Assembly (NCBI RefSeq): GCF_004010195.1
Contig: NW_025214948.1
Span: 6,508 to 56,187 of the forward strand
From: Chiloscyllium plagiosum
Taxonomy: Eukaryota
Length of the DNA stretch: 49,680 nucleotides
Direction: 5' to 3'
The translations under genes and the position numbers were made by a program. Every line of letters starts with the position of its first letter. Position 1 is the stretch's first letter. The notes under the pieces are model-generated. The model saw only the letters and a list, made by a program, of their open reading frames with translations, did no database searches and had not been told where the DNA came from. This document shows positions 1-14,244 of the stretch, piece after piece.

Positions 1-3000
1 ACACAGACCAGAATGATGACAGGGCAACGTCAGGATTCATACACAGACCGGAATGATGACAGGACAGGGTCAGGATTCATACAAAGATCGAAATAATTAC
101 AGGACAGCGTCAGGATTCATACACAGACTGGAATGATTACAGGACAGTGTCAGGATTCATACACAGACCTGCATGATTACAGGACAGTGTCACGATTCAT
201 ACACAGACCGGAATGATAACAGGATAGTGTCAGGATTCATACATAGACTGGAATGATTACAGGACAGTGTCAGGATTCATACATTGACCGGAATGATTAC
301 AGGACAGTGTCAGGATTCATACACAGACCGGAATGATTACAGGACAGTGTCAGGATTCATAACAGACCGGACTGATTACAGGACAGCATCAGGATTCATA
401 CACAGACCAGACTGATTACAGGACAGGGTCAGGATTCATCCACAGACTGGACTGATTACAGGACAGTGTCAGGATACATACACAGACTGGACTGATTACA
501 GGACAACATCAGGATTCATACACAGACCGGATTGATTACAGGACAGGGTCAGGATTCATACACAGACTGGAATGATAACAGGATAGTGTCAGGATTCATA
601 CATAGACCGGAATGATTACAGGACAGTGTCAGGATTCACACATAGACCGGAATGATTACAGGACAGTGTCAGGATTCATACACAGACCGGAATGATTACA
701 GGACAGTGTCTGGATTCATAACAGACCGGACTGATTACAGGACAGTGTCAGGATTCATACACAGACCGGACTGATTACAGGACAGGGTCAGGATTCATAC
801 ACAGACCGGAATGATTACAGGACAGGGTCAAGATACATACACAGACCGGACTGATTACAGGACAGGGTCAGGATTCATCCACAGACTGGACTGATTACAG
901 GACAGTGTCAGGATACATACACAGACTGGACTGATTACAGGACAACATCAGGATACATACACAGACCGGATTGATTACAGGACAGGGTCAGGATACATAC
1001 ACAGATCGGACTGATTACAGGACAGTGTCAGGATTCATAACAGACCGGAATGATTACAGGACAGCATCAGGATACATACACAGACCGGACTGATTACAGG
1101 ACAGGGTCAAGATACATACACAGATCGGACTGATTACAGGACAGTGTCAGGATTCATAACAGACCGGACTGATTACAGGACAGCGTCAGGATTCATACAC
1201 AGACCGGACTGATTACAGGGCAGTGTCAGGATTCATCCACAGACCGGACTGATTACAGGACAGGGTCAGGATTCATACACATACCAGACTGATTACAGGA
1301 CAGGGTCAGGATTCATACACAGACCGGACTGATTACAGGACAGCATCAGGATTCATATACAGACCGGACTGATTACAGGACAGTGCCAGGATACATACAC
1401 AGACCGGACTGATTACAGGACAGTGTCAGAATACATACACAGACCGGACTGATTACAAAACAGTGTCAGGATACATACACAGACCGGACTGATTACAGGA
1501 CAGTGTCAGGATACATACACAGACCAGAATGATTACAGGACAGTGTCAGGATTCATCCACAGACCGGACTGATTACAGGACAGAGTCAGGATACATACAC
1601 AGACCAGACCGATTACAGGACAGCGTCAGGATTCATACACAGACCGGACAGATTACAGGACAGCATCAGGATTCATACACAGACCGGACTGATTACAGGA
1701 CAGGGTCAGGATACATACACAGCCCGGACTGATTACAGGACAGGGTCAGGATACATACACAGACCGGACTGATTACAGGACAGTGTCTGGATTCATCCAC
1801 AGACCGGACTGATTACAGGACAGAGTCAGGATACATACACAGACCGGACTGATTACAGGACAGTGTCAGGATTCATACACAGACCGGACTGATTACAGGA
1901 CAGCATCAGGATTCATACACAGACCGGACTGATTACAGGACAGCGTCAGGATACATACACAGACTGGTCTGATTACAGGACAGAATCAGGATACATACAC
2001 AGATTGGACTGATTACAGGACAGCAACAGGATTCGTACACAGACCGGACTCATTACAGGACAGGATCAGGATACATACATAGACCAGACTGATTACAGGA
2101 CAGGGTCAGGATACATACACAGACCGGACTGATTACAGGACAGTGTCAGGATTCATCCACAGACCGGACTGATTACAAGACAGTGTCAGGATTCATACAA
2201 AGACCGGACTGATTACAGGACAGGGTCAGGATACATACACAGACCGGACTGATGACAGGGGAGCGTCAGGATTCATCCACAGACCGGACTAATTACAGGA
2301 CAGGGTCAGGATTCATACACAGACCGGGCTGATTACAGGACAGGGTCAGGATTCATACACAGACCGGACTGATTACAGGACAGTGTCAGAATACATACAC
2401 AGACCGGACTGATTACAAAACAGTGTCAGGATACATACACAGACCGGACTGATTACAGGATAGGGTCAGGATTCATACACGGACCGGACTGATGACAGGG
2501 CAGCGTCAGGATTCATACACACACTGGACTGATTACAGGACAGTGTCAGGATACATACACAGACCGGAATGATTACAGGACAGTGTCAGGATTCATCCAC
2601 AGACCGGACTGATTACAGGACAGAGTCAGGATACATACACAGACCGGACTGATTACAGGACAATGTCAGGATTCATGCACAGACCGGACTGATTACAAAA
2701 CAGTGTCAAGCTACATACACAGACCGGACTGATTACAGGACAGGGTCAGGATCCATACACAGACCGGACTGATTACAGGACAGTGTCAGGATACATACAC
2801 AGACCGGACTGATTACAGGACAGTGTCAGGATTCATCCACAGACCGGACTGATTACAGGACAGCATCAGGATTCATCCACAGACCGGACTGATTACAGGA
2901 CAGGGTCAGGATCCATACACAGACCGGACTGATTACAGGACAGTGTCAGGATACATACACAGACCGGACTGATTACAGGACAGTGTCAGGATTCATCCAC

Positions 3001-6000
3001 AGACCGGACTGATTACAGGACAGAGTCAGGATTCATACACAGACCCGACTGATCACAGGACAGCATCAGGATTCATACACAGACTGGACTGATTACAGGA
3101 CAGGGTCAGGCTACATACACAGACCGGACTGATTACAGGACAGTGTCAGGATACATACACAGACCGGAATGATTACAGGACAGTGTCAGGATTCATCCAC
3201 AGACCGGACTGATTACACGACAGAGTCAGGATACATACACAGATTGGACTGATTACAGGACAGCATCAGGATTGATACACAGACCGGACTGATTACAGGA
3301 CAGTGTCAGGATGCATACAGAGACCGGACTGATTACAGGACAGTGTCAGGATTCATCCACAGACCGGACTGATTACAGGACAATGTCAGGATTCATACAC
3401 AGACCGGACTGATTACAGGACAGGGTCAGGATACATACACAGACCGGAATGATTACAGGATAGTGTCAGGATTCATTCACAGACCGGACTGATTACAGGA
3501 CAGAGTCAGGATTCATACACAGACCGGACTGATCACAGGACAGCATCAGGATTCATACACAGACCGGACTGATTACAGGACAGGGTCAGGATACATACAC
3601 AGACCGGACTGATTACAGGACAGTGTCAGGATACATACACAGACTGGACTGATTACAAAACAGTGTCAAGATACATACACAGACCGGACTGATTACAGGA
3701 CAATGTCAGGATTCATGCACAGACTGGACTGATTACAAAACAGTGTCAAGATACATACACAGACCGGACTGATTACAGGACAATGTCAGGATTCATGCAC
3801 AGACTGGACTGATTACAAAACAGTGTCAAGATACATACACAGACCGGACTGATTACAGGACAATGTCAGGATTCATGCACAGACTGGACTGATTACAAAA
3901 CAGTGTCAAGATACATACACAGACCGGACTGATTACAGGACAATGTCAGGATTCATGCACAGACTGGACTGATTACAAAACAGTGTCAAGATACATACAC
4001 AGACCGGACTGATTACAGGACAATGTCAGGATTCATACACAGACCGGACTGATTACAGGACAATGTCAGGATTCATACACAGACCGGACTGATTACAGGA
4101 CAATGTCAGGATTCATACACAGACCGGACTGATTACAGGACAATGTCAGGATTCATACACAGACCGGACTGATTACAGGACAATGTCAGGATTCATACAC
4201 AGACCGGACTGATTACAGGACAATGTCAGGATTCATACACAGACCGGACTGATTACAGGACAATGTCAGGATTCATACACAGACCGGACTGATTACAGGA
4301 CAATGTCAGGATTCATACACAGACCGGACTGATTACAGGACAATGTCAGGATTCATACACAGACCGGACTGATTACAGGACAATGTCAGGATTCATACAC
4401 AGACCGGACTGATTACAGGACAATGTCAGGATTCATACACAGACCGGACTGATTACAGGACAATGTCAGGATTCATACACAGACCGGACTGATTACAGGA
4501 CAATGTCAGGATTCATACACAGACCGGACTGATTACAGGACAATGTCAGGATTCATACACAGACCGGACTGATTACAGGACAATGTCAGGATTCATACAC
4601 AGACCGGACTGATTACAGGACAATGTCAGGATTCATACACAGACCGGACTGATTACAGGACAATGTCAGGATTCATACACAGACCGGACTGATTACAGGA
4701 CAATGTCAGGATTCATACACAGACCGGACTGATTACAGGACAATGTCAGGATTCATACACAGACCGGACTGATTACAGGACAATGTCAGGATTCATACAC
4801 AGACCGGACTGATTACAGGACAATGTCAGGATTCATACACAGACCGGACTGATTACAGGACAATGTCAGGATTCATACACAGACCGGACTGATTACAGGA
4901 CAATGTCAGGATTCATACACAGACCGGACTGATTACAGGACAATGTCAGGATTCATACACAGACCGGACTGATTACAGGACAATGTCAGGATTCATACAC
5001 AGACCGGACTGATTACAGGACAATGTCAGGATTCATACACAGACCGGACTGATTACAGGACAATGTCAGGATTCATACACAGACCGGACTGATTACAGGA
5101 CAATGTCAGGATTCATACACAGACCGGACTGATTACAGGACAATGTCAGGATTCATACACAGACCGGACTGATTACAGGACAATGTCAGGATTCATACAC
5201 AGACCGGACTGATTACAGGACAATGTCAGGATTCATACACAGACCGGACTGATTACAGGACAATGTCAGGATTCATACACAGACCGGACTGATTACAGGA
5301 CAATGTCAGGATTCATACACAGACCGGACTGATTACAGGACAATGTCAGGATTCATACACAGACCGGACTGATTACAGGACAATGTCAGGATTCATACAC
5401 AGACCGGACTGATTACAGGACAATGTCAGGATTCATACACAGACCGGACTGATTACAGGACAATGTCAGGATTCATACACAGACCGGACTGATTACAGGA
5501 CAATGTCAGGATTCATACACAGACCGGACTGATTACAGGACAATGTCAGGATTCATACACAGACCGGACTGATTACAGGACAATGTCAGGATTCATACAC
5601 AGACCGGACTGATTACAGGACAATGTCAGGATTCATACACAGACCGGACTGATTACAGGACAATGTCAGGATTCATACACAGACCGGACTGATTACAGGA
5701 CAATGTCAGGATTCATACACAGACCGGACTGATTACAGGACAATGTCAGGATTCATACACAGACCGGACTGATTACAGGACAATGTCAGGATTCATACAC
5801 AGACCGGACTGATTACAGGACAATGTCAGGATTCATACACAGACCGGACTGATTACAGGACAATGTCAGGATTCATACACAGACCGGACTGATTACAGGA
5901 CAATGTCAGGATTCATACACAGACCGGACTGATTACAGGACAATGTCAGGATTCATACACAGACCGGACTGATTACAGGACAATGTCAGGATTCATACAC

Positions 6001-8394
6001 AGACCGGACTGATTACAGGACAATGTCAGGATTCATACACAGACCGGACTGATTACAGGACAATGTCAGGATTCATACACAGACCGGACTGATTACAGGA
6101 CAATGTCAGGATTCATACACAGACCGGACTGATTACAGGACAATGTCAGGATTCATACACAGACCGGACTGATTACAGGACAATGTCAGGATTCATACAC
6201 AGACCGGACTGATTACAGGACAATGTCAGGATTCATACACAGACCGGACTGATTACAGGACAATGTCAGGATTCATACACAGACCGGACTGATTACAGGA
6301 CAATGTCAGGATTCATACACAGACCGGACTGATTACAGGACAATGTCAGGATTCATACACAGACCGGACTGATTACAGGACAATGTCAGGATTCATACAC
6401 AGACCGGACTGATTACAGGACAATGTCAGGATTCATACACAGACCGGACTGATTACAGGACAATGTCAGGATTCATACACAGACCGGACTGATTACAGGA
6501 CAATGTCAGGATTCATACACAGACCGGACTGATTACAGGACAATGTCAGGATTCATACACAGACCGGACTGATTACAGGACAATGTCAGGATTCATACAC
6601 AGACCGGACTGATTACAGGACAATGTCAGGATTCATACACAGACCGGACTGATTACAGGACAATGTCAGGATTCATACACAGACCGGACTGATTACAGGA
6701 CAATGTCAGGATTCATACACAGACCGGACTGATTACAGGACAATGTCAGGATTCATACACAGACCGGACTGATTACAGGACAATGTCAGGATTCATACAC
6801 AGACCGGACTGATTACAGGACAATGTCAGGATTCATACACAGACCGGACTGATTACAGGACAATGTCAGGATTCATACACAGACCGGACTGATTACAGGA
6901 CAATGTCAGGATTCATACACAGACCGGACTGATTACAGGACAATGTCAGGATTCATACACAGACCGGACTGATTACAGGACAATGTCAGGATTCATACAC
7001 AGACCGGACTGATTACAGGACAATGTCAGGATTCATACACAGACCGGACTGATTACAGGACAATGTCAGGATTCATACACAGACCGGACTGATTACAGGA
7101 CAATGTCAGGATTCATACACAGACCGGACTGATTACAGGACAATGTCAGGATTCATACACAGACCGGACTGATTACAGGACAATGTCAGGATTCATACAC
7201 AGACCGGACTGATTACAGGACAATGTCAGGATTCATACACAGACCGGACTGATTACAGGACAATGTCAGGATTCATACACAGACCGGACTGATTACAGGA
7301 CAATGTCAGGATTCATACACAGACCGGACTGATTACAGGACAATGTCAGGATTCATACACAGACCGGACTGATTACAGGACAATGTCAGGATTCATACAC
7401 AGACCGGACTGATTACAGGACAATGTCAGGATTCATACACAGACCGGACTGATTACAGGACAATGTCAGGATTCATACACAGACCGGACTGATTACAGGA
7501 CAATGTCAGGATTCATACACAGACCGGACTGATTACAGGACAATGTCAGGATTCATACACAGACCGGACTGATTACAGGACAATGTCAGGATTCATACAC
7601 AGACCGGACTGATTACAGGACAATGTCAGGATTCATACACAGACCGGACTGATTACAGGACAATGTCAGGATTCATACACAGACCGGACTGATTACAGGA
7701 CAATGTCAGGATTCATACACAGACCGGACTGATTACAGGACAATGTCAGGATTCATACACAGACCGGACTGATTACAGGACAATGTCAGGATTCATACAC
7801 AGACCGGACTGATTACAGGACAATGTCAGGATTCATACACAGACCGGACTGATTACAGGACAATGTCAGGATTCATACACAGACCGGACTGATTACAGGA
7901 CAATGTCAGGATTCATACACAGACCGGACTGATTACAGGACAATGTCAGGATTCATACACAGACCGGACTGATTACAGGACAATGTCAGGATTCATACAC
8001 AGACCGGACTGATTACAGGACAATGTCAGGATTCATACACAGACCGGACTGATTACAGGACAATGTCAGGATTCATACACAGACCGGACTGATTACAGGA
8101 CAATGTCAGGATTCATACACAGACCGGACTGATTACAGGACAATGTCAGGATTCATACACAGACCGGACTGATTACAGGACAATGTCAGGATTCATACAC
8201 AGACCGGACTGATTACAGGACAATGTCAGGATTCATACACAGACCGGACTGATTACAGGACAATGTCAGGATTCATACACAGACCGGACTGATTACAGGA
8301 CAATGTCAGGATTCATACACAGACCGGACTGATTACAGGACAATGTCAGGATTCATACACAGACCGGACTGATTACAGGACAATGTCAGGATTC
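1..8394. repeat. 40-bp tandem satellite (consensus ACACAGACCGGACTGATTACAGGACAGTGTCAGGATTCAT), about 210 units, truncated at the window start
   Basis: 40-bp periodicity is directly visible. Units are variable from 1 to ~3640, form an 80-bp dimer from ~3641 to 4040, and are then identical to 8394. Confidence 0.98.
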
Positions 8395-8760
8395 GATTAT
8401 CAGTTTATTTTACTTTTTCAGCACTTGAAATACTGACTTTTTGTTCTCCCAACATTGCTTAAAGATGTCAAAAGTTCATTCATCGAAGTTAATTTTGTAA
8501 TCTTTCACAAAGAAACAAGTGAGAACAACATATAGCTGAGTGCAAAACAAAATACTGCAGCTGCGCGATATCTGGGAACACTCTGAAGGTGAGGCACTGA
8601 TACTGCACAAGTTTGTCAGCACGGTTTCAATTACTGACAATAATTTAGTAATGTCTTAGCCTTCCCATAGTTAAGGTAAATGTGAGATATCTGAATTTCA
8701 TGAATTGGTTCCGATTGCACTTTGATCAACAAAAGTTATTCTTGGTTTAATCTACACAAA

Positions 8761-8890
8761 GGAGAAAGTGATGATCAAAGAACCTGGACATCAGAGTCGA
8801 AAAGTGTCATGCAGGAAAAACACAGCAAGTCAGGCAGCATCCGAGAAGCAGGAGAGTTGATGTTTCGGGCATAAGCCTTTCATCAGGAAT
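8761..8890 (-). mobile_element. Penelope-like terminal fragment with a degenerate hammerhead core
   Basis: Minus strand reads ATTC-CTGATGA-A-AGGC-TTAT-GCCC-GAAA-CATC, followed by the same tail (GATGCTGCCTGAC..GCTGTG) seen on the GIY-YIG element at 14528-15150. Confidence 0.75.
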
Positions 8891-9539
8891 CACTGGCTTC
8901 AGAAAAATAACTGGCATAGACTTATGCCAACACATATGTAGAAGGGTCAAAGCACGTTACTATCAGATTATAGACTAATTTCAGATTTGATACCATTCAG
9001 TGCAACATTTCAGTATGATATTTACATATGTACCTAAAAGAGAAGTTGTCTAAAATTACAAGCTCTAGGATGATTATAGGATTAAACCTGGAAATAAAGC
9101 CGGTGAACAAGAATGGCAAAGTGAAGTCCCATCAGTATCGCCTTGGGCAGTGTCAAGTAAGAATTTGAGAGCAGAGTTGCCACTTTGGTGTAACCTGCAG
9201 TCTGGCCAAATTGCAGCAAACATCTGTTCAATTTTACCTGCAAAGTATTGAATGCAAAATCCTCCTTGCCCAATAATGAGACAGCAATTTGGGAAGTCAT
9301 TTTTAAAATACATTATTTTCAAAGTTCCCCTCAATTAAGAGTGATCACTTGGTGCTGTCTGCATAACACAGTAGAAAAGGAATTAACAAAAAAAATTCAG
9401 AGTCACTAATTTATTGATATTGTATGGGTCCAACATTGATAAGTAATCGATTTTTAAAAAATAAATCCAGATAAATTTACTAACTACATTGGAGTACAGT
9501 CAAGTTTCTTACTGAACAGTGGCTGGATTGGACAGAGTC

Positions 9540-10420
9540 CGCAGGGATTTAAGAGAAGGGAAATCATACTTCGCAAAGCTACTGAAAGAATCTACAGATT
9601 CAAATATTAAAGTAAGAAATTGCAGGACATTTAGAAAAGATTAGCATTCAACATGATAGACTGGGTTTTGTGAAAGAGAAACTATATTTGACAAATTTGC
9701 GACAGTTCATTGAGGAGATAACAAGCAGGGCTGATAAAGGGCAATCCAATGATGTTCTGTATTTGGATTTTAAAAATGTAAATGATAAGGCGCTACATAA
9801 AAGGTAATTGAACAATTTAGGAGCTCATGATATCGGGGTAATGTATTAGCATGGACTGAGGATTGGTTAACCACACTGGCTGTTGCTGAGTCCTCACTTG
9901 GAGTACTGTATACAATGTCAGCTCCCATATTTAATAAAGGATAAAGTAACATCGGAGACCATTCAAAAAAGATTACTTAGCTGCTTTGAGGACAAAAGGG
10001 TTGACCTATCAAGAACAGATAAGCAGGGTTGATCTTATGGAAACAGGATTCTGAGGAGCTTGACAGAGTAGATGTTGACTAGATCTTCTAGCACCAGTGA
10101 AATCTCAAACCAGGGGACATTACATAAGGGAACATTCATTTTAGAAAACGTTGTTAATGTTGGGTTGGGTTACTCTTCGGAGGGTTGTTCTGGCTTGTTG
10201 GACTGAAGGGCCTGTTTCCACATAGTAGGGAATCTGGGTTTCTATCTCAAATTATTTTAAAAGAGGGCAGATAGATTTTTGAAATATTGAGCAGTTGAGG
10301 GCTATGTGGATCAAGCATAAAAGAGGTATTGAGGTCTGGGTTGATCAAGCCATGATCTGATAGAATGGGGGAACAATCTGAAGGCCATGAATGCACTCCT
10401 CCTGCTCCAATTCCTTGAGG
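9540..10420 (+). mobile_element. Decayed CR1 LINE ORF2/3' fragments, with a SINE tail at ~10160-10240
   Basis: GFVKEKLYLTNLRQFIEEITSRADKGQSNDVLYLDF resembles the CR1 RT motif HGFxKGKSCLTNL..VYLDF. A CR1-like 3' tail lies near 10340-10410. Confidence 0.75.
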
Positions 10421-10699
10421 CTCCATTTCATGCTTTTTTGTCTCCAAAGAAGAGAGTGATACAATGTGCTTAAGATCTCAGGTGTGAAAATGGGGTGTTG
10501 ATGTACTGGTTCAGATTGCATTGATTCATCAATCACAGCTATACAATCATGAGTAGGAAGGCAATTCCCTCCATGAATAAAGGAAATCTACTGCAGAGCT
10601 CACACAAAGGGAATTCTTCCCCACAGTAAACTCTCCCATCACATGACCCAACATATCAGCTAAAGCAGGACACACTGCGCATGCTCTAGTCAACAAAGG

Positions 10700-11150
10700 G
10701 ATCCCGGGTGATTGATGTCAGCACCGGACCAATGAAAGGACGGTGGGCGGAGTTGGATGACCTAGCGGGCAGTTGGTCCTCCAACCAATCAAAGTGAATG
10801 TAGGGCGGAGCTAAACTAAACCATGTGATCACTCGCGCGCGGCGCAGAGTCGCTGTAATGAATGCTCGGGAAGTTCTGGAGAGAAAGGATACGGTCAGGA
10901 AAGAAATAAACAGGGAAACGGGAGAAAAACTGTATTGCCATGAGCGGAGAGGTTTTACAAACAAATTGTGTATGTCGGAAAATACAAATTTGAACGTCCC
11001 AGTCCCGTGTTTGCAGTAAATGGGAAATGGCCTCAGCGCGGCTGCAGGCCTGAGTGAGCGCCACCATCTTTATTCGGGACAACGATTCACTGGAAACCTG
11101 CGGAGCCGCCATCTTTGCAGGGGGCAAGGTGCAGCCAGGCGCATGTGCAG
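10700..11150. promoter_or_regulatory. CpG-rich Pol II promoter-like module
   Basis: CCAAT at 10729 and 10785; GGGCGG at 10745 and 10803; CGCGCGCGGCGC run; YY1-type GCCGCCATCTT at 11105-11115 and CCACCATCTT at 11061; NRF1-like GCGCATGTGC near 11139. Paralogous to 27340-27630 and 29700-29950. Confidence 0.7.
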
Positions 11151-11689
11151 CCTTTCTCTAGTATCGAGTCATTGGGCTCATAGCAGCCCACACTGCTCTG
11201 ATTCACCTCTGGGCTCCCTCATCACCACTTTTGTCAATATCTAGCTTCCTCAGTCTCGAACCATGGGTGTATTTTTGGTCTGTTTATTGCTGTATTATTA
11301 CTTTTATAGACCCTTTGTAAATGAGTTTTTGACTGAGGCCCAGCCCCTGACCATGTGCTGCTCTATTATCAGATTACTTTTTTATTTTTCATTCCCTGTA
11401 ATCCATTTTGCACTCCCTGAAACATCAACTGTGTTTCTCCTTCCACAGATACCAGTGATTAATGCCAAAGCCCTGTTGCCTGTGGAGAGGGCGATGTTTG
11501 ACTTTCTTGTACAGCTGCAGTCTGTGTGGTGAAGGTGCTCCCACAATGTGATTGGGTAAGAGATGTTTCAGATTATTCATTACAGCAACAGTAAAGATCT
11601 GAAGATAATGTCCAAATCAACAACAGTTTGTAGTTTTATTATCAAACTTATAATTTCATAAAAATACTATTGAGAACTTTAGATATAAG

Positions 11690-12185
11690 GCCAAAGATGG
11701 AGATATTAGGTCAGGTGACCAAAAGCATTGCCAAAAAGCAGGTTTTGAGGGATGTCTTAAAGGTAGAAAGTGGACCTGTGAGGTTTTATCTGCAAATTCC
11801 AGACCATGTTGCTTTAGTAACTGTAGAATCAGCCACATAGTTGAAGTAATGAATGACCAAATCGTTGGGAGTCTCAAAGAAAATGGGTTGAGACCTCGAC
11901 AAAGAATGTGTGGTGCAGGGAGCTAGGGATGATTACAGCCAGGAATCAAATCAAGAATGAGAATTGTAAATTGTTGTTGCTTATGAATAGGAGCCTTTTG
12001 ACTGATGAACATGTTTGGGGAGAAGTGAGCACGTGCGCGATAGACCTTTCGTTTTTTTTCTTGAGATTACAGGGTGGCCAGGAGTGTCTTTGGATAATTA
12101 AGTCTGGAAATAACACACGATGGATGAGAGTTTCAGTATATGAGCTGAGATGAGGGTAGAACCAGCTAGAATTAGTGATCTTGGA
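11690..12185 (-). mobile_element. Decayed L2-type LINE 3' fragment
   Basis: Recognised by eye from similarity to the L2 ORF2 3' region (e.g. GGATGAGAGTTTCAG..GAGCTGAG); no intact ORF. Confidence 0.45.
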
Positions 12186-12189
12186 GTGG

Positions 12190-13720
12190 GATTGGGCTGT
12201 CACTCTCACCTCACCTCTGGGATTCAGCTGGTTGTCAGATTGTGAATGAGGGCAGTAACACAATCGGGAGCTGAGTGGCCCTGGTGGAGCTTAAAATGAG
12301 TGTCACTCAGCTGGCTGTTGCTGAGCAGCTGCTGCTTGATAGTCCTGTTGATGACACCTTCCATCACTTTACTGCTGATGGAGTGTGGACTGACAGAGGG
12401 AAATTGCCTGGGTTGGATTGCCCTGTATTTTTGTGTTGAACATCCCTGGGCAATGTTCCACATTGTCGGTCGATGACAGTGCTGGAGCGGTACGTAGCTT
12501 GGTGAGTGGCAAGTTCTGGAGCACAAGCTATCAGTACAAACCCATGAGATTACAGATTGTGCTGGAGTACAGTTCTGCTGTTGTTATCCCACAGTGCCTG
12601 AGAGAGATCCAGTTTGAGTTTCTACATTTGTCCCATTTAGCACGGTGATTGTACCACTCAGCACAATGGAGGTTTTTCTCAACTTTAAGGTGAGGCTTTG
12701 TCTCCAAAAGGACTGTGGGATGGTCGCTCTTGCCGATACTGTCATGGACAGATGCATTTGCAACTGGCAGATTCATGCTGATAAGATCTAGTATGTTTTT
12801 CCCTATTGCTGGTTCCGTTACCGCCTGCTGCAAACCCAGTTGAGCAGCTATGTCCTTGAGGACCCGACCAGCTCAGTCAGTGGTCCTGCTGCTGAGCTAC
12901 TCTTGGTAGAGGACATTGAAATCCTGTACCCAGAGTAGGCTTATCACCATTTTATTGCCTCAGTGCTTCCTCCAAGTGTTATTCAAAATGGAGGAGCACT
13001 GATTCATAAGCATTGGGAGCACGGTACGTGGTAATCAGCAGGAGCCATGAGACTTCCTGGTGTCCATGAGTACTCCCAGGGCAAATGGTTCCTGTGTGTA
13101 CACTACTGTGCCAACACCTCTGCCTGGTCTGTCCTGCTGGTGGGACAGGACATAACCAGAGATTTCAGGAGAAATTGAAGACTACAGATACTGGAGATCA
13201 GAGTCGAAAGTGTGGTGCTCGAAAAGCATAGCAGGTCAGGCTGATGAAAGGCTTTGGCTCGAAACGTCAATTCTCCTGCTCCTTGGATGCTGCCTGACCT
13301 GTTGTGCTTTTCCATCATCACACTGTCTATCTAGGGATGGTGATGGTGGTGGCTGGCCATTATCTGTAAGGGGTTACTCTGTGAGTGTGACTATGTCAGG
13401 CTGTTCCTTGACGAGTCTGTGAGACAGCTCGCCACGTTTTGGCACAAAAAAACAGGTGTTAGTGAGCAGGATGTTGCAGAGTCGAGAGGGCTGATTCTGT
13501 GGTTGTATTTCCTAATGCCTTGTTAGATGACAAGTGCTCCATCCAGTTTCATTCCTGTGTTGAGACTTTGCAGTGATTAATACAGTGAGTAGCTTGTTGG
13601 GCGACTGTCAGGTTGTCAGGATTTTTTTCGCCATTGACAATGGTTCCATGGAGATTCCTAATTCCAGTTATTTTTCTCTTGAATTCAGATTCCACCATCT
13701 GCCGAGCTGGGATGCGAGCA
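12190..13720 (-). mobile_element. LINE (APE endonuclease plus RT start; CR1/L2-group), decayed
   Basis: Minus ORFs give GKNILDLISMNLPV..IGKSDH (APE C-terminal LD..SDH motifs) and SISSKVMEGVINRTIKQQL..HQGHS (RT domains 1-2). Confidence 0.85.
13168..13325. mobile_element. Short fold-back Penelope terminal element inserted in the LINE
   Basis: 13210-13241 is an imperfect inverted copy of ~13292-13325. The centre holds CTGATGA-AAGGCTTTGGCTC-GAAACGTC. Confidence 0.7.
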
Positions 13721-14171
13721 AGGACTTCAGTTGTACATTTTAATATTCTGGATAAAAGTTAAATACATTCGGCTTGTTCACTCATTTTAAATATCACTAA
13801 GGGGAGAAAGTGAGGTCTGCAGACGCTGGAGATCAAAGCTGAAACTTTATTGCTGGAACAGCACAGCAGGTCAGGCAGCATCTAGGGAACAGGAGATTCG
13901 ACGTTTCGGGCACAGGCCCTTCCTCGGGAATGAGCAGAGAGTGTTCAGCAGGCGAAGATAAAAGGTAGGGAGGAGGGACTTGGAGGAGGGGCTCCCTCCA
14001 GCCCGGCACCGCCTTCCTGACCTGCAGTCTTCTTCTTGACCTCTCCCCCTCCATCCTACTCCGACCTATCACCCTCACCTTGACCTCTTTCCACCTATCA
14101 CATTTCCAACGCCCCTCCACCAAGTCCCTCCTCCCTACCTTTTATCTTCTCCTGCTGAACACTCTCTGCTC

Positions 14172-14207
14172 ATTCCTGAAGAAGGGCATGTGCCCGAAAC
14201 GTCGAAT
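14172..14207 (+). ncRNA. Minimal type-I hammerhead ribozyme (intact core)
   Basis: ATTC-CTGAAGA-A-GGGC-ATGT-GCCC-GAAA-C-GTC-GAAT: stem I ATTC/GAAT, CUGANGA and GAAA boxes, GUC cleavage triplet, palindromic ACGT mini stem III. Confidence 0.8.
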
Positions 14208-14244
14208 CTTCTGTTCCCTAGATGCTGCCTGACCTGCTGCGCTA

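Noticed and set aside
1..8394. CRISPR-like array or repeat-encoded protein (ORF 1529-1732)
   Set aside because: There are no unique spacers and the context is eukaryotic. The 40-bp period puts stops in every frame on both strands.
9074..9334. Possible minus-strand exon (TTTGCAG|GTAAAATTGAAC..)
   Set aside because: The acceptor is plausible, but the donors are weak and no frame gives a recognisable protein. It needs RNA-seq.
10816..11127. 103-aa ORF with AAGATGGCG start context
   Set aside because: Better explained as YY1 motifs in a promoter; the translation has no recognisable features.
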